This document shows positions 42,471 through 55,898 of a stretch of 64,000 bases of DNA, piece by piece. This DNA comes from Alphaproteobacteria bacterium (GTDB lineage: Bacteria > Pseudomonadota > Alphaproteobacteria > MPNO01). Numbering within the stretch: position 1 is the stretch's first letter; each line of letters starts with the position of its first letter. The translations under genes were made by a program, and so were the position numbers. Location: assembly GCA_964291675.2 (NCBI GenBank), contig OZ219865.1, forward strand, positions 384,001-448,000. The letters are read 5' to 3'. The notes under the pieces are model-generated. The model was given only the letters and a program-made list of their open reading frames with translations, had not been told where the DNA came from and did not search any database.

Positions 42471-44528
42471 ATGGCCACACTGACCATCGACGGAATCGAG
42501 ATCGAGGTCGAGGACGGGATCACCGTCCTGCAGGCCTGCGAGGAGGCCGGCATCGAGATCCCGCGCTTCTGCTATCACGAGCGGCTGTCGATCGCCGGCA
42601 ATTGCCGCATGTGCCTGGTCGAGATGGAGCGCTCGCCCAAGCCGATCGCCTCCTGCGCCATGCCGGTCGGCAACAACATGGTGATCCGCACCGACACGCC
42701 GATGGTCCAGAAGGCGCGCCAGGGGGTGATGGAGTTCCTGCTGATCAACCATCCGCTCGACTGCCCGATCTGCGACCAGGGCGGCGAGTGCGATTTGCAG
42801 GACCAGGCGATGGCCTACGGCTTCGACCGCTCGCGCTTCGCCGAGAACAAGCGCGCCGTGCCGGACAAGGATTTCGGCCCGCTGGTCGAGACCCACATGA
42901 CGCGCTGCATCCACTGCACGCGCTGCATCCGCTTCGTGACCGAAATCGCCGGCGTCGAGGAGCTCGGCGCCACCGGGCGCGGCGAGCACATGGAGGTCGG
43001 CACCTATGTCGAGAAGGCGCTCGCCTCCGAGCTGTCGGGCAACATCATCGATCTCTGCCCGGTGGGCGCGCTGACCTCGAAACCCTACGCCTTCAACGCG
43101 CGTCCCTGGGAGCTCGCCAAGACCGAGACCGTGGACGTGATGGACGCGGTCGGCAGCAATGTCCGCGTCGACTCGCGGGACGGCGAGGTGCAGCGGGTGA
43201 TCCCGCTGCTGAACGAGGACATCAACGAGGAGTGGATTTCCGACAAGGCGCGGTTCGCCTGCGACGGGCTGCGCCGCCAGCGCCTCGACACGCCCTATGT
43301 GCGCCGCGACGGCAGGCTGGCGCCCGCGAGCTGGGCGGAGGCGCTCGGCGCGGTCGCCGACAGGCTGGGCGGGACCGCGCCGGAGCGCATGGCGGCGATC
43401 GCCGGCGACCTGGCCTGCTGCGAGTCGATGGCGATGCTGAAGGACCTGTTCGCCGCGCTCGGCTCGCCCCATGTCGATGCGCGCCAGGAGGGGGCGAAGC
43501 TCTCGGCGGCGGCGCGCGCCGGCTACCTGTTCAACACCGCCATCGCCGGGATCGAGGACGCCGATGCCTGCCTGATCGTGGGCGCGGACGTGCGCCGCGA
43601 AGCCCCGCTGGTCAATGCGCGCCTGCGCAAGCGGCATTCGATGGGCGGCTTCCCGGTCGGGCTGATCGGCGAGCCGGTCGACCTCGCCTGGCGCTACGAC
43701 CATCTCGGCAACGACGCCGCCCTGCTCTCTGAAATCGCCGTCGGCGAACACCCGTTCCGCTCAAAACTGGAAGCGGCCGCGCGTCCGATGATCGTCCTCG
43801 GCGAGGCGGCCTACGCGCGCGACGACGGGGCGCGAATCCTCGGCACCGCCCGTGCGATCGCCGAACGCTTCGGCATGGCGGGCGAAGAGTGGAACGGGTT
43901 CAACGTGCTGCACCGTGCCGCCGCCCGGGTCGGCGGGCTCGATCTCGGCCTGGTGCCGGGCGAGGGCGGGCGCGACGTGGACGCGATCCTGGCGGGCGCG
44001 GAAAGCGGCGAGATCGAAGCGGTCTATCTGCTCGGCGCCGACGAGATCGACACGCAAAGGCTCGGCGAAGCCTTCGTGGTCTATCAGGGCCATCACGGCG
44101 ACGCCGGGGCGATGCGCGCCGACGTCATCCTGCCGGGCGCGGCCTATACCGAGAAGGAGGCGACCTACGTCAACCTCGAGGGCCGGCCGCAGCGCACCGC
44201 CCGCGCGGTGCATCCGCCGGGCGAGGCGCGCGAGGACTGGCGCATCCTGCGCGCGCTGTCCGAGATTCTCGGCCGGAAGCTGCCCTGCGACACGGTGGAC
44301 GAGGTGCGCGCGCGGATGGCGGCGATCGCCCCGGTCCTCGCCGGGATCGGCGCGGTCGAGCGGGCGCCCTGGCAGGCGTTCGGCGAGGACGGGCCGCCCG
44401 ATCCCGGACCGCTCGGCACCGCGATCGGCAACTACTACATGACCGACCCGATCTCGCGGTCGTCGGAGACCATGGCGGCCTGCACGCGGGCCTTCCTGGA
44501 GACCTCCCGGGCGGCGGCGCATGGATAG
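42471..44528 (+). CDS. nuoG: NADH-quinone oxidoreductase subunit G
   Basis: [21 protein letters not shown] and RCIHCTRC motifs. Confidence 0.96.
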   Translation: MATLTIDGIEIEVEDGITVLQACEEAGIEIPRFCYHERLSIAGNCRMCLVEMERSPKPIASCAMPVGNNMVIRTDTPMVQKARQGVMEFLLINHPLDCPICDQGGECDLQDQAMAYGFDRSRFAENKRAVPDKDFGPLVETHMTRCIHCTRCIRFVTEIAGVEELGATGRGEHMEVGTYVEKALASELSGNIIDLCPVGALTSKPYAFNARPWELAKTETVDVMDAVGSNVRVDSRDGEVQRVIPLLNEDINEEWISDKARFACDGLRRQRLDTPYVRRDGRLAPASWAEALGAVADRLGGTAPERMAAIAGDLACCESMAMLKDLFAALGSPHVDARQEGAKLSAAARAGYLFNTAIAGIEDADACLIVGADVRREAPLVNARLRKRHSMGGFPVGLIGEPVDLAWRYDHLGNDAALLSEIAVGEHPFRSKLEAAARPMIVLGEAAYARDDGARILGTARAIAERFGMAGEEWNGFNVLHRAAARVGGLDLGLVPGEGGRDVDAILAGAESGEIEAVYLLGADEIDTQRLGEAFVVYQGHHGDAGAMRADVILPGAAYTEKEATYVNLEGRPQRTARAVHPPGEAREDWRILRALSEILGRKLPCDTVDEVRARMAAIAPVLAGIGAVERAPWQAFGEDGPPDPGPLGTAIGNYYMTDPISRSSETMAACTRAFLETSRAAAHG

Positions 44529-45540
44529 CTTCCTCGACATCTATGTCTGGCCGACGGTGCTGATCGTGCTGTCGATCGTCGCCATCGTGGTGCCGGTGCT
44601 GGCGGGGGCGGCCTACATGACCCTGGCCGAGCGCAAGGTCATCGCGGCGATCCAGCTCCGCAAAGGCCCCAACGTGGTCGGCCCGTTCGGCCTGTTCCAG
44701 CCGATCGCCGACGGCATCAAGATCCTGTTCAAGGAGACCATCATCCCGACCGGCGCCAACCGGGCCGTGTTCCTGATGGCGCCGATGCTGACCTTCATCC
44801 TGAGCCTGGTCGCCTGGGCGGTCATCCCGTTCGACGACGGCTGGGTGCTGGCCGACATCAATGTCGGGATCCTCTATCTGTTCGCGATCTCCTCCCTCGG
44901 GGTCTACGGCATCATCATGGCCGGGTGGGCGTCGAACTCGAAATACGCCTTTCTCGGCGCGCTGCGCTCGGCCGCCCAGATGGTGTCCTACGAGGTGGCG
45001 ATCGGCTTCGTGATCATCAGCGTGCTGCTCTGCGTCGGCTCGCTCAATTTGAGCGAGATCGTCAAGGCGCAAGAGGGGCTGTGGTTCTGCATCCCGCTAT
45101 TGCCGATGTTCGTGATGTTCTTCGTCTCGACGCTCGCCGAGACCAACCGCGCGCCGTTCGACCTGCCCGAGGCCGAGGCCGAGCTGGTGGCGGGCTACAA
45201 CGTCGAATACTCGTCGATCACGTTCGCGCTCTTCTTCGTCGGCGAGTACGCCAACATGATCCTGATGAGCGCGATGACGACGGTGCTGTTCCTCGGCGGC
45301 TGGCTGCCGCCGATCGACATCGCGCCGTTCAACTGGATCCCGGGCGCGATCTGGTTCGGCGCCAAGGTGGCGTTCTGCCTGTTCGTCTTCCTGTGGGTGC
45401 GCGCAACCTTCCCGCGCTACCGCTACGACCAGCTGATGCGGCTCGGCTGGAAGGTGTTCCTGCCGGGCTCGCTGCTCTGGCTGGTGCTGGTAGCGGGCTA
45501 TCTGGTGGCCACCGGCACGGCGCCGATGGGGGTGAAGTGA
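44521..45540 (+). CDS. nuoH: NADH-quinone oxidoreductase subunit H
   Basis: [22 protein letters not shown] and PRYRYDQLM motifs. Confidence 0.96.
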   Translation: MDSFLDIYVWPTVLIVLSIVAIVVPVLAGAAYMTLAERKVIAAIQLRKGPNVVGPFGLFQPIADGIKILFKETIIPTGANRAVFLMAPMLTFILSLVAWAVIPFDDGWVLADINVGILYLFAISSLGVYGIIMAGWASNSKYAFLGALRSAAQMVSYEVAIGFVIISVLLCVGSLNLSEIVKAQEGLWFCIPLLPMFVMFFVSTLAETNRAPFDLPEAEAELVAGYNVEYSSITFALFFVGEYANMILMSAMTTVLFLGGWLPPIDIAPFNWIPGAIWFGAKVAFCLFVFLWVRATFPRYRYDQLMRLGWKVFLPGSLLWLVLVAGYLVATGTAPMGVK

Positions 45541-46028
45541 TGGCCCTGCTCGACCGATCCGCCCGGGCGCTGTTCCTGACCGAGCTCCTGTCGGGGATGG
45601 CGGTGACGCTGCGCTATTTGTTCAAGCCCAAGGTGACGCTGAACTACCCCTACGAGAAGGGTCCGCTGAGCCCGCGCTTCCGCGGCGAGCACGCGCTCAG
45701 GCGCTACCCCAACGGCGAGGAGCGCTGCATCGCCTGCAAGCTGTGCGAGGCGATCTGCCCGGCCCAGGCGATCACCATCGAGGCCGAGCCGCGCGCCGAC
45801 GGCAGCCGGCGGACGACGCGCTACGACATCGACATGACCAAGTGCATCTATTGCGGGTTCTGCGAGGAGGCCTGCCCGGTCGATGCCATCGTCGAGGGGC
45901 CGAACTTCGAGTTCGCCACCGAGACCCGCGAGGAGCTGATGTACAACAAGGAAAAGCTCCTCGACAACGGCGATCGCTGGGAGGCGGACCTCGCCGCCAG
46001 GCTCGGCGCCGATGCGCCCTACCGCTAG
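45540..46028 (+). CDS. nuoI: NADH-quinone oxidoreductase subunit I
   Basis: [12 protein letters not shown] and [12 protein letters not shown] motifs. Confidence 0.96.
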   Translation: MALLDRSARALFLTELLSGMAVTLRYLFKPKVTLNYPYEKGPLSPRFRGEHALRRYPNGEERCIACKLCEAICPAQAITIEAEPRADGSRRTTRYDIDMTKCIYCGFCEEACPVDAIVEGPNFEFATETREELMYNKEKLLDNGDRWEADLAARLGADAPYR

Positions 46029-46037
46029 GCGCCGGCG

Positions 46038-46652
46038 ATGATCGTCCAGACCGCCGCCTTCTACCTGTTCGCCGCCGTCGCCGTGGCGGCCGCGGTCATG
46101 GTGATCTCGGCGCGCAACCCGGTCCACTCGGTGCTGTTCCTGATCCTCGCCTTCTTCAACGCGGCCGGGCTGTTCGTGCTGATGGGCGCGGAGTTCATCG
46201 CCATGACGCTGGTCATCGTCTATGTCGGCGCGGTGGCGGTGCTGTTCCTCTTCGTCGTCATGATGCTCGACATCAACTTCGTCGAGCTGCGCCAGGGCTT
46301 TCTGCAATATCTGCCGACCGGGGCGCTGATCGGCGTGGTCCTGCTGGCCGAGCTGGTGCTGGTCTTCGCCGGCTGGGCGTTCGCCCCCGACGAGGCGGTG
46401 GTCCGCGCCGCGCCGACCCCGCCGGCGAACGAGATCACCAATACCCACGCGCTCGGGCGCATCCTCTACACCGACTACATCTACGCCTTCCAGGCGGCCG
46501 GGGTGATCCTGCTGATCGCCATGATCGGCGCCATCGTGCTGACGCTGCGGGCGCGCGAGGGGGTGCGCAAGCAGCGCATCGGCGACCAGCTCGGGCGCGC
46601 CCGCGCGGATGCCGTGGAGCTCAAGAAGGTCGAGCCGGGGAGCGGCGTCTGA
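46038..46652 (+). CDS. nuoJ: NADH-quinone oxidoreductase subunit J
   Basis: NPVHSVLFL and [16 protein letters not shown] motifs. Confidence 0.96.
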   Translation: MIVQTAAFYLFAAVAVAAAVMVISARNPVHSVLFLILAFFNAAGLFVLMGAEFIAMTLVIVYVGAVAVLFLFVVMMLDINFVELRQGFLQYLPTGALIGVVLLAELVLVFAGWAFAPDEAVVRAAPTPPANEITNTHALGRILYTDYIYAFQAAGVILLIAMIGAIVLTLRAREGVRKQRIGDQLGRARADAVELKKVEPGSGV

Positions 46653-46653
46653 C

Positions 46654-46959
46654 GTGGTCGGTCTCGCGCACTACCTGACGGTCGCCGCGATCCTGTTCAC
46701 GCTCGGGATTTTCGGCATCTTCCTCAACCGCAAGAACGTGATCGTCATTCTGATGTCGATCGAGCTCATCCTGCTCGCGGTCAACATCAACCTGGTCGCC
46801 TTCTCGGTCCACCTCCAGGACCTGGCTGGCCAGGTCTTCGCGCTGCTGGTGCTCGCCATCGCCGCGGCGGAGGCGGCCATCGGGCTTGCCATCATCGTCG
46901 TCTATTTCCGCAACCGCGGCTCGATCGCGGTCGAGGACATCAACCTGATGCGGGGCTAG
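46654..46959 (+). CDS. nuoK: NADH-quinone oxidoreductase subunit K
   Basis: [14 protein letters not shown] and [10 protein letters not shown] motifs; GTG start. Confidence 0.95.
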   Translation: MVGLAHYLTVAAILFTLGIFGIFLNRKNVIVILMSIELILLAVNINLVAFSVHLQDLAGQVFALLVLAIAAAEAAIGLAIIVVYFRNRGSIAVEDINLMRG

Positions 46960-46962
46960 GGC

Positions 46963-48893
46963 GTGCTGTATTCGCTTGCCGTCTTCCTGCCGCTGATCGG
47001 CGCCGCGATCGCCGGGCCGTTCGGCCGGCTGATCGGCGACCGGGCCGCGCAATACGTGACCTGCGGGGCGCTGATCGGCTCGGCCGCGATCTCGACCCTG
47101 ATCCTCTACGAGGTGGCGCTCGGCGGCGAGCCGCGCTCGATCGTGCTGTTCTCCTGGATGACCTCGGGCACGTTCGACGCGGTCTGGTCGCTGCGCTTCG
47201 ACCAGCTCGCCGCGGTGATGGTCTTCGTGGTGTCGGTGGTCTCGGCCTGCGTGCATGTCTACTCGATCGGCTACATGCACCACGACCCGTCGATCCCGCG
47301 CTTCATGGCCTATCTCAGCCTGTTCACCTTCTTCATGCTGGCGCTGGTGACGGCGGACAACCTGCTCCAGCTTTTCTTCGGCTGGGAGGGGGTGGGGCTC
47401 TGCTCCTACTTCCTGATCGGCTTCTGGTACGACCGGCCGGCCGCCAACGCGGCCGCGATCAAGGCCTTCATCGTCAACCGGGTGGGCGATTTCGGCTTCG
47501 CGCTCGGCATCATGGGCGTGTTCCTGGTGTTCGGCTCGATCGAGCTGCCGGCGATCTTCGGCGCCGCGCCGGAGAAGGCCGAGGCGACGATCTCCTTCCT
47601 CGGCCTGGAGGGGCATGCGCTGACCGTGCTCTGCATCCTCTGTTCATCGGCGCGATGGGGAAATCGGCGCAGCTCGGCCTGCACACCTGGCTGCCCGACG
47701 CGATGGAGGGGCCGACCCCGGTCTCGGCCCTGATCCACGCGGCGACGATGGTCACCGCGGGCGTCTTCCTGGTCGCGCGCATGTCGCCGCTCTTCGAATA
47801 CGCCCCCGCGGCGCTCACCCTGGTGGCGATCGTCGGCGCCGCGACCGCGTTCTTCGCCGCGACCATCGGGCTCTGCCAGAACGACATCAAGCGGGTGATC
47901 GCCTATTCGACATGCAGCCAGCTCGGCTACATGTTCTTCGCCTGCGGGGTCTCGGCCTATTCCGCCGGCATCTTCCACCTGATGACGCATGCCTTCTTCA
48001 AGGCGCTCCTGTTCCTCGGCGCGGGCTCGGTGATCCACGCGATGTCGTCCGAGCAGGACATGCGCCGGATGGGCGGGCTCTACCGGCTGATCCCGACGAC
48101 CTACGGGCTGATGTGGATCGGCAGCCTGGCGCTCGCCGGCATCCCGGTCTTCGCCGGGTTCTATTCCAAGGACGTGATCATCGAATCGGCCTTTGCCGCG
48201 CATACCCTGGCCGGGGACTTCGCCTTCTGGGCCGGCATCGCGGCGGCCTTCATGACCGCCTTCTATTCCTGGCGGCTGCTGATCATGACCTTCCACGGCG
48301 CGCCCAGGGCGGACGAGCGCACCATGGCGCATGTCCATGAATCGCCGCTGTCGATGATCGCGCCGCTGGTCGTGCTGGCCGCCGGCGCGGTGTTCTCCGG
48401 CATGCTCGGCTACCGCTACTTCGTGGGCGACGGTCTCGCCTCGTTCTGGGGCGATTCGATCCTCGTCCTGCCCGGCCACGACGCGCTCGCGGACGCCCAC
48501 CACGCGCCGCTCTGGGTCATCGCGCTCCCCGTCGCCGTCGCCGTCGCCGGGATCGCGCTCGCCTACTGGTTCTACATGTTGCGGCCCGGCCTGCCGGTCG
48601 CGCTCGCCGCAAGGTTCGCGCGCCTCTACCGGTTCCTGCTCAACAAGTGGTATTTCGACGAGCTTTACGACTGGCTGTTCGTGCGCCCGGCCCACCGCAT
48701 CGGCCGCGGGCTGTGGAAGGAGGGCGACGGCACGCTGATCGACGGGCTCGGCCCCGACGGGCTGTCCGCGGTCGCCCGCACGCTGGCGCGCCGGGCCAGC
48801 ATGCTGCAGTCGGGCTATGTCTACCACTACGCCTTCGCCATGCTGATCGGCGTCGCCGCCTTCGTGACCTGGTACCTCTATGCGCAGGGCTGA
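46963..48893 (+). CDS. nuoL: NADH-quinone oxidoreductase subunit L (frameshift at ~47640, probably a sequence error)
   Basis: N-terminal part ...WEGVGLCSY...LCIL continues in the -1 frame as (L)[26 protein letters not shown]; one C missing. Confidence 0.92.
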
Positions 48894-48905
48894 GGGGAGA
48901 CCGGC

Positions 48906-50420
48906 GTGACCGACTGGCCGATTCTCAGCCTGGTGATCTTCCTGCCGACGGTGGGCGCGCTGTTCGTGTTCATCGTGCGCGGGGACGCGCGCACGGTCGC
49001 GCGCAACGCGCGGATGACCGCGCTCTGGACCTCGCTGATCACCTTCGCGCTGTCGCTCGGCCTCTGGATCGACTTCGACAACTCGACCGCGTCCTTCCAG
49101 TTCGTCGAGCGCGCCGACTGGATCCCCATCCTCGGCGCCAGCTACCATCTCGGGGTGGACGGCATCTCGATGCTGTTCGTGATCCTGTCCACCTTCCTCA
49201 CCCCGCTCTGCGTGCTGGCGAGCTGGGAGGCGATCCAGACCCGCGTCAAGGAGTACATGATCGCCTTCCTGCTGCTCGAGACCTTCATGGTCGGGATGTT
49301 CTGCGCGCTCGACTTCGTGCTGTTCTACATCTTCTTCGAGGGCGTGCTGATCCCGATGTTCCTGATCATCGGGGTCTGGGGCGGCGCCAACCGGGTCTAC
49401 GCGGCGTTCAAGTTCTTCCTCTACACGCTGACCGGCTCGGTGCTGCTGCTGGTCGCGGTCATGGTGATCTATTTCGACGCCGAGACCACCGACATCGTCC
49501 GCCTGATCGGGATCGGCTTCGATCCCGAGCTGCAGATCTGGCTGTGGCTCGCCTTCTTCGCGAGCTTCGCGGTCAAGGTGCCGATGTGGCCGGTCCACAC
49601 CTGGCTGCCCGACGCCCATGTCGAGGCGCCGACCGCGGGCTCGGTGATCCTCGCCGGCGTGCTGCTCAAGATGGGGGCCTACGGCTTCCTGCGCTTCTCG
49701 CTGCCGATGCTGCCGGTGGCGAGCGAGTTCTTCGCGCCCTTCGTCTACACGCTGAGCATCATCGCGATCGTCTACACCTCGCTGGTCGCGCTCGCCCAGG
49801 AGGACATGAAGAAGCTGATCGCCTATTCGTCGGTCGCCCATATGGGGTTCGTCACCATCGGCATCTTCACGGTGCAGACCCAGGGCGTCGAAGGGGCGAT
49901 CGTCCAGATGCTGAGCCACGGCGTGATCTCGGCCGCCTTGTTCCTCTGCGTCGGCGTGGTGTACGACCGCCTCCACACGCGCGAGATCGCGCGCTATGGC
50001 GGGCTGGTCCACCGCATGCCGGTCTACGCGGCGGTGTTCATGGTCTTCACCCTGGGGGCGGTGGGGCTGCCGGGGACCAGCGGGTTCGTGGGCGAGTTCC
50101 TGGTCCTGGTCGGCGCCTTCCAGGTCAATACCTGGCTCGCCCTGCTGGCCACCACCGGGATCGTGCTCGGCGCGGCCTACATGCTCTATCTCTATCGCCG
50201 GGTGATCTTCGGCGCGCTCACCAGGGAAGACCTCAAGACCATGGCGGATCTCAACCGGCGCGAGATCGCCGTCTTCGCGCCTTTGGTGGCGGCGACGCTG
50301 TGGATGGGCATCTGGCCGGAGCCGTTCCTCGACGTGATGCACGCCTCGGTCGCCAACCTGATCGAGAACTACCAGGTCGCGCTCGATGCGTCGGGCACGC
50401 TCGCGGTCGCCGGACGATGA
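48906..50420 (+). CDS. nuoM: NADH-quinone oxidoreductase subunit M
   Basis: [20 protein letters not shown] and KKLIAYSS motifs. Confidence 0.96.
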   Translation: MTDWPILSLVIFLPTVGALFVFIVRGDARTVARNARMTALWTSLITFALSLGLWIDFDNSTASFQFVERADWIPILGASYHLGVDGISMLFVILSTFLTPLCVLASWEAIQTRVKEYMIAFLLLETFMVGMFCALDFVLFYIFFEGVLIPMFLIIGVWGGANRVYAAFKFFLYTLTGSVLLLVAVMVIYFDAETTDIVRLIGIGFDPELQIWLWLAFFASFAVKVPMWPVHTWLPDAHVEAPTAGSVILAGVLLKMGAYGFLRFSLPMLPVASEFFAPFVYTLSIIAIVYTSLVALAQEDMKKLIAYSSVAHMGFVTIGIFTVQTQGVEGAIVQMLSHGVISAALFLCVGVVYDRLHTREIARYGGLVHRMPVYAAVFMVFTLGAVGLPGTSGFVGEFLVLVGAFQVNTWLALLATTGIVLGAAYMLYLYRRVIFGALTREDLKTMADLNRREIAVFAPLVAATLWMGIWPEPFLDVMHASVANLIENYQVALDASGTLAVAGR

Positions 50421-51868
50421 CGCCCCTGGTGCCCGATCTCGCGCTGATCCTGCCCGAGCTGATCCTCGTCTGCGGCGCGATGGCGCTGCTGATGCTGGGG
50501 GTCTTTCTCGGCGACCGGTCCTACCACAGCGTGAGCTGGCTCTCGGTGGCGCTGATCCTCGGCGCCGGGGTCGCGGCGAGCCTGACCACCGAGATCCGCG
50601 CCACCCTGTTCGACGGCCGGTTCGTGGTCGACGCCTTCGGACATTTCATGAAGTGGCTGGCCTTCGCTGGGCTCCGCGCTCGCCATCGTCATGTCCTTCG
50701 GCTACAACCGCCGCGAGCGGATCGGCCGGCCGGAATACCCCATCCTGATCGTCTTCGCGACGCTCGGGATGTCGATGATGATCTCGGCCAACGACCTGAT
50801 CTCGCTCTATGTCGGGCTCGAGCTCCAGTCGCTGGCGCTCTACGTGATCGCCGCCTTCCGGCGCGATTCGGCGCGCTCCTCGGAGGCCGGGCTGAAATAT
50901 TTCGTCCTCGGCGCGCTGTCGTCGGGCATGCTGCTCTACGGCTGCTCGATGGTCTACGGCTTCGCCGGCTCGACCGGTTTCGAGACCCTGGCCGAGCTGT
51001 TCTCGCGCCCCGGCACCGGGATCGAGATCGGCGTCGTCGTCGGGCTGGTCTTCGTCATCGCCGGGCTCGCCTTCAAGATCTCCGCCGTGCCGTTCCACAT
51101 GTGGACGCCCGACGTCTACCAGGGCGCGCCCACGCCGGTGACCGCCTTCTTCGCCATCGCCCCCAAGATCGCCGCGATGGCGCTGTTCACGCGCGTGCTC
51201 ATCGGGCCGTTCTTCGATCTGTTCCAGCAATGGCAGCAGGTCGTCATCTTCATCTCGATCCTGTCGATGATCCTGGGCGCGCTGGCGGCGATCTGGCAGA
51301 CCAACATCAAGCGGCTGCTCGCCTACAGCTCGATCGGCCATGTCGGCTACGCCCTGGTCGGCCTGGCGGCGGGCAGCGCCGACGGCGTGCGCGGCATCGT
51401 GATCTACATGGCGGTCTATCTGGTGATGACCGCGGGCACCTTCGCCTGCGTGCTGGCGATGCGCCAGAACGGCCGCATGGTCGAGGGGCTCGCCGACCTC
51501 GCGGGGCTCTCGCGGAACGCGCCGCTGCTCGCGCTGGCGCTGGCCATCTTCATGTTCTCGATGGCCGGAATCCCGCCGCTCGCCGGTTCTTCTCCAAGCT
51601 CTACGTGTTCCTCGCGGCGATCGACGCGGGGCTCTACACGCTCGCGGTGATCGGCGTGCTGACCAGCGTGATCTCGGCCTTCTACTATCTGCGGATCGTC
51701 AAGATCATGTATTTCGACGAACCTGCCGAGGCGTTCGACAAGCCGATGGGGCGCAGCCTCGCCGCGATCGCCGCGGTCTCCAGCGTGCTGGTCGTCGTGT
51801 TCATCGCCTTCCAGACCCCCATCGTGCGGGCGGCCGAGATTGCCGCGACCGTGCTGTTCTTCACCTGA
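50417..51868 (+). CDS. nuoN: NADH-quinone oxidoreductase subunit N (compensating indels at ~50665 and ~51586)
   Basis: N- and C-termini lie in one frame; the core ([23 protein letters not shown]) lies in the +1 frame. Confidence 0.9.
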   Translation: MTPLVPDLALILPELILVCGAMALLMLGVFLGDRSYHSVSWLSVALILGAGVAASLTTEIRATLFDGRFVVDAFGHFMKWLAFAGLRARHRHVLRLQPPRADRPAGIPHPDRLRDARDVDDDLGQRPDLALCRARAPVAGALRDRRLPARFGALLGGRAEIFRPRRAVVGHAALRLLDGLRLRRLDRFRDPGRAVLAPRHRDRDRRRRRAGLRHRRARLQDLRRAVPHVDARRLPGRAHAGDRLLRHRPQDRRDGAVHARAHRAVLRSVPAMAAGRHLHLDPVDDPGRAGGDLADQHQAAARLQLDRPCRLRPGRPGGGQRRRRARHRDLHGGLSGDDRGHLRLRAGDAPERPHGRGARRPRGALAERAAARAGAGHLHVLDGRNPAARRFFSKLYVFLAAIDAGLYTLAVIGVLTSVISAFYYLRIVKIMYFDEPAEAFDKPMGRSLAAIAAVSSVLVVVFIAFQTPIVRAAEIAATVLFFT

Positions 51869-51871
51869 CCG

Positions 51872-52586
51872 GTGGCTCTTCCGGCAGGCTACCGGCTGGT
51901 CGGGCTGCGGCGGATCGACAGCACCAACGCCGAGGCGCTGCGCCGCGCCGCCGGCGGGGCGCCGCACGGCACGGTCGTCCTCGCCGGGGAACAGACCGCC
52001 GGGCGCGGCCGGCGCGGCCGAAGTCTGGATCTCCGCGCCGGGGAACCTGTTCATGACCATCCTCGTCCGCCCGCCCGAGGGCTGCGCCATGGCCCAGCTC
52101 TCCTTCGTCGCCGCCGTCGCGCTCGGCGACGCCTTGGCGGCGGAGGTCGATTTTCGCTTCAAATGGCCGAACGACCTGCTGGTGGAGGGACGCAAGATCG
52201 CCGGCATCCTGATCGAGGCCGATGGCGCGGCGGCGGCGGTGGGGGTGGGCGTGAACACCGCGCGTACGCCGGAGGCGGTGGGCGACAGTGCCGGCGATCT
52301 CGCCGGGTGCAGGCCCGCCGCCGAGCTTGCCAGCCACATCTGTCGCGCCTTCGACCCCTGGTACCGGCGCTGGCTCGCCGAGGGGTTCGGGCCGGTGCGC
52401 GCGGCCTGGCTCGCCCGTGCCGCCGGGATCGGGGAGGAGGTCGCCGCCCGTTCGGCGGGCGGTCCGGTCACCGGCCGCTTCGATCGGCTCGCGGCGGACG
52501 GCGCGCTGATCCTCGTCGACGCATCGGGAGCGGAAGTCGAGATCTCCGCCGGCGAGGTGGTCTTCGGGAGGGGCGGGTGCTGCTGA
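51872..52586 (+). CDS. birA: Biotin--[acetyl-CoA-carboxylase] ligase (frameshift at ~52021)
   Basis: [14 protein letters not shown], then +1 frame [20 protein letters not shown]. Confidence 0.88.
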
Positions 52587-53350
52587 CCATCGATTCGGGC
52601 AACACCAATATCGTCTTCGCGCTCTATGACGGCGAAGAGCAGATGGGCGTCTGGCGGAGCTCCAGCGATCCGCGCCGCACGGCCGACGAATACGCGGTCT
52701 GGCTGAGCCAGCTCATGTCGCTGCGCGATCTCTCGGCGGGCGATGTCGACGCCGCGATCGTCGCCACCGTCGTGCCCGAGGCGCTGTTCAGCCTGCGCAC
52801 GCTGTGCCGCTCCTATTTCGGCTGCGAGGCGCTGGTGATCGGCGAGCCGGGGGTCGAGCTCGGCATCGGCGTCAAGGTGGACAACCCGGCCGAGGTCGGC
52901 ACCGACCGCCTGGTCAACGCGGTCGGCGCACATGAGCGGTTCGGCGGACCCCTGATCGTCATCGATTTCGGCACCGCGACCACCTTCGACGTGGTCGACG
53001 GCGAGGGCAGCTATGTCGGCGGCGTGATTGCGCCCGGGATCAACCTGTCGCTGGACGCGCTCCACGCGGCGGCCGCGCAGCTCCCCCGCGTCGCCGTCCG
53101 GCGGCCGCCCCGGGTGATCGGCAAGCGCACCGTGCCGGCGATGCTGTCCGGCATCTATTGGGGCTATATCGGGCTGATCGAGGGGCTGGTGGCGCGCATC
53201 GCCGAGGAATACGGCGCCGACATGAAGGTGATCGCCACCGGCGGGCTGGCGCCGCTCTTCGCCGAGGGGACGCCGGTCATCGGCGACGTCGATCCCGAGA
53301 TGACGCTGCGCGGCCTGGCCTCGATCTGGCGGCGGAACCGGGACGCATGA
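52577..53350 (+). CDS. coaX: Type III pantothenate kinase
   Basis: IDSGNTN, GTDR, DFGTATT and ATGG motifs; GTG start. Confidence 0.93.
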   Translation: MLLTIDSGNTNIVFALYDGEEQMGVWRSSSDPRRTADEYAVWLSQLMSLRDLSAGDVDAAIVATVVPEALFSLRTLCRSYFGCEALVIGEPGVELGIGVKVDNPAEVGTDRLVNAVGAHERFGGPLIVIDFGTATTFDVVDGEGSYVGGVIAPGINLSLDALHAAAAQLPRVAVRRPPRVIGKRTVPAMLSGIYWGYIGLIEGLVARIAEEYGADMKVIATGGLAPLFAEGTPVIGDVDPEMTLRGLASIWRRNRDA

Positions 53351-54996
53351 AGAGCGCGCAAGAGCTTTCGTTCGTCGCCCTCGGCGGCGCCGGCGAGATC
53401 GGCATGAATCTCAGCCTCTACGGTTGTGGCGGGCGCTGGCTGATGGTCGATCTCGGGCTCGGATTCGCGGACGACTCGACACCGGGGATCGACATCCTGG
53501 TTCCCGATCCGGCGTTTATCGTCGAACGCCGCGAGGCGCTTGACGGGATCGTGCTGACCCATGCGCATGAGGACCATCTGGGTGCGGTCGCCACCCTCTG
53601 GCCGCGGCTGCGCCGCCCGGTCTACGCCTCGCCCTTCGCGGCGGCGGTGCTGGGCCGGAAGCTGGCGGAGGCCGGGCTGAAGAACGTGCCGCTCCGCATC
53701 GTCCAGCCCAACGCGCGCTTCGATGTCGGCCCCTTCGAGATCGAGTATCTGACCGCGGCGCATTCGATCCCCGAGGGCCACGTGCTCGCCATCCGGACGG
53801 CCGCGGGGCTTGCCGTCCATGCCACCGACTGGAAGCTCGATCCCTCGCCGCTGGTCGGCGCGACGACCGACGAGAACCGCCTGCGCGCGCTGGGCGCCGA
53901 GGGCGTCAGCGCGCTCACCGTCGATTCGACCAACGCCATGGTTGAGGGGCGCGCCGGTTCCGAGGGCGTGCTGAGGGACAGCCTGACCGAGATTGTCGCG
54001 AACTGCGCCGGCCGCGTCGCGATCGCCTGTTTTTCCAGCAACATCGCGCGCATCGAGACCATCGCGCATGCCGCGGCGGCCAACGATCGCCAGGCCTGCC
54101 TGGTGGGGCGGTCGCTCTGGCGCATGGTCGAGGCGGCGCGCGAGACGGGCTATCTGGCCGACACGCCGCCCTTCCTCACCGAGCACGACGCCGGGTACCT
54201 GCCGCCGGACAGGGTGGCGATGGCGGTCACCGGAAGCCAGGGCGAGAAGCGCTCGGCGCTGGCTCGGATCGCCGCCGGCGACCACCCCGCGGTGGCGCTG
54301 GAGCCCGGCGACACGGTGATATTTTCCTCGCGCCAGATCCCCGGCAACGAGCTCGCGATTTCGCGCGTGCAGAACCAGCTCGTGAGGCGGGGGATCGAGG
54401 TGATCGACGACGGCGCACGCGACACCCACGTCTCCGGCCACCCGGCGCGCGAGGAACTGCGCGCGCTCTATGAATGGCTGGCCCCCGCCGCCGTGGTGCC
54501 GATCCACGGCGAGGCGCGCCATCTCTTCGAGCAGGCCGCGCTCGCCCGCTCCGCCGGGGTGCCCGATGCGATGGTGGCGGAGAACGGCACGCTCGTCAGG
54601 CTGATACCCGGGCCGCTGGAGGCGCTGGGCGAGGTCGAGACCGGGCGGCTCGGGCTCGACGGCAAGCGGCTGGTGCCGGTCGACGGCGGGGCGGTGCGGA
54701 TGCGCCATCGCATCGGCTTCGCAGGCTCCGCGGTCGCCACGGTGGTCCTCGACCGCCGCGGCGCGCTGGCGGCCGACCCCCGGGTGACGCTGCACGGGGT
54801 GGTCGAGCCCGACGATGCGGAAGAGATCGAGGAGGAGGCGATCGACGCGGTGATCGATGCCATAGACGACCTCCCGAAGGGCGCCAGGCGCGACGACGAA
54901 GGTATCGCCGAAGCCGCGCGCCGCGCCCTGGTGCGCGCCGTCCGGCGGGCGATCGGAAAGCGCCCGGTGGCCCAGGTCCATGTCGTCCGGGTCTGA
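53347..54996 (+). CDS. rnj: Ribonuclease J
   Basis: [30 protein letters not shown] and PIHGE motifs. Confidence 0.94.
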   Translation: MKSAQELSFVALGGAGEIGMNLSLYGCGGRWLMVDLGLGFADDSTPGIDILVPDPAFIVERREALDGIVLTHAHEDHLGAVATLWPRLRRPVYASPFAAAVLGRKLAEAGLKNVPLRIVQPNARFDVGPFEIEYLTAAHSIPEGHVLAIRTAAGLAVHATDWKLDPSPLVGATTDENRLRALGAEGVSALTVDSTNAMVEGRAGSEGVLRDSLTEIVANCAGRVAIACFSSNIARIETIAHAAAANDRQACLVGRSLWRMVEAARETGYLADTPPFLTEHDAGYLPPDRVAMAVTGSQGEKRSALARIAAGDHPAVALEPGDTVIFSSRQIPGNELAISRVQNQLVRRGIEVIDDGARDTHVSGHPAREELRALYEWLAPAAVVPIHGEARHLFEQAALARSAGVPDAMVAENGTLVRLIPGPLEALGEVETGRLGLDGKRLVPVDGGAVRMRHRIGFAGSAVATVVLDRRGALAADPRVTLHGVVEPDDAEEIEEEAIDAVIDAIDDLPKGARRDDEGIAEAARRALVRAVRRAIGKRPVAQVHVVRV

Positions 54997-55011
54997 GCGG
55001 AGCCCGCGCGG

Positions 55012-55257
55012 ATGAGCTGGTTCACCGGACTCATGGTCTTCCTGATCCTCTGGTGGCTGGTCTTCTTCGTCACGCTTCCCTTCGGGGTCCGCGCGCCGCA
55101 CGAGGCGGGCGAGAGCGTCGAGCCGGGCCATGCCGACGGCGCGCCGGTTCGGCCGCGGCTGTGGTTCAAGGTCGGGATCACCACCGTGGTAACGGCCGTC
55201 CTCTGGGGCATCGCCTATTGGCTGATCGCCTCCGACCTGATTTCGTTCCGCGGCTGA
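55012..55257 (+). CDS. DUF1467 family membrane protein
   Basis: WWLVFFVTLPFGVR...PG.ADGAP motif; usual position after rnj. Confidence 0.85.
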   Translation: MSWFTGLMVFLILWWLVFFVTLPFGVRAPHEAGESVEPGHADGAPVRPRLWFKVGITTVVTAVLWGIAYWLIASDLISFRG

Positions 55258-55263
55258 ACGCGC

Positions 55264-55827
55264 ATGTCCTATTGCGACATCGCCCCCGGCCATCCCGTGC
55301 ACGGCCCCTATCACGACACCGAATACGGCTTTCCGGTGCGCGAGGATCCGGTGCTGTTCGAGCGCCTCGCGCTGGAGATCAACCAGGCGGGGCTTTCCTG
55401 GCTCACCGTGCTCGCGAAACGGGATGCCTTCCACGCCGCCTTCGACGGCTTCGACGTCGCCACGGTGGCGCGCTACGGGGACGCCGAACGGGCGCGGCTT
55501 CTGGGCGATGCAGGGATCATACGCAACCGCCTGAAGATCGATGCCGTGATCGCCAACGCACGCACCCTCGAGGGGCTGATCGCCGAACATGGCTCCTTCG
55601 CCGCCTGGCTCGACGATCACCACCCGCTGCCGAAAGACGCGTGGGTGAAGCTGTTCAAGCAGACCTTTCGTTTCACCGGCGGCGAGATCACCGGGGAGTT
55701 CCTCATGAGCACCGGCTACCTGCCCGGCGCGCATGCCGAGAGCTGCCCGGTCTGGCGCCGGATCATGGCGCTGGATCCGCCCTGGGCGGAGGCGCACGGT
55801 GACGCGCGCCGGGCGGATGTGCCATGA
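55264..55827 (+). CDS. tag: DNA-3-methyladenine glycosylase I
   Basis: YHDTEYG, LFERLALEINQAGLSW and IIRNRLKI motifs. Confidence 0.92.
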   Translation: MSYCDIAPGHPVHGPYHDTEYGFPVREDPVLFERLALEINQAGLSWLTVLAKRDAFHAAFDGFDVATVARYGDAERARLLGDAGIIRNRLKIDAVIANARTLEGLIAEHGSFAAWLDDHHPLPKDAWVKLFKQTFRFTGGEITGEFLMSTGYLPGAHAESCPVWRRIMALDPPWAEAHGDARRADVP

Positions 55828-55898
55828 TCGCCGCCGCCGCGGGGTCGGGACGATAGCGGGGACGCCTGGGAGACCGATGCAAGTCTGGGAGTTCGGCG

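Noticed and set aside
48647-51868. 1073-aa ORF spanning nuoM-nuoN
   Set aside because: Off-frame nuoM read-through plus the NuoN ends; an artefact of GC bias and compensating indels
51872-53350. Apparent BirA-CoaX fusion (492 aa)
   Set aside because: Created by the +1 indel at ~52021; the BirA core is in another frame and coaX has its own RBS and GTG
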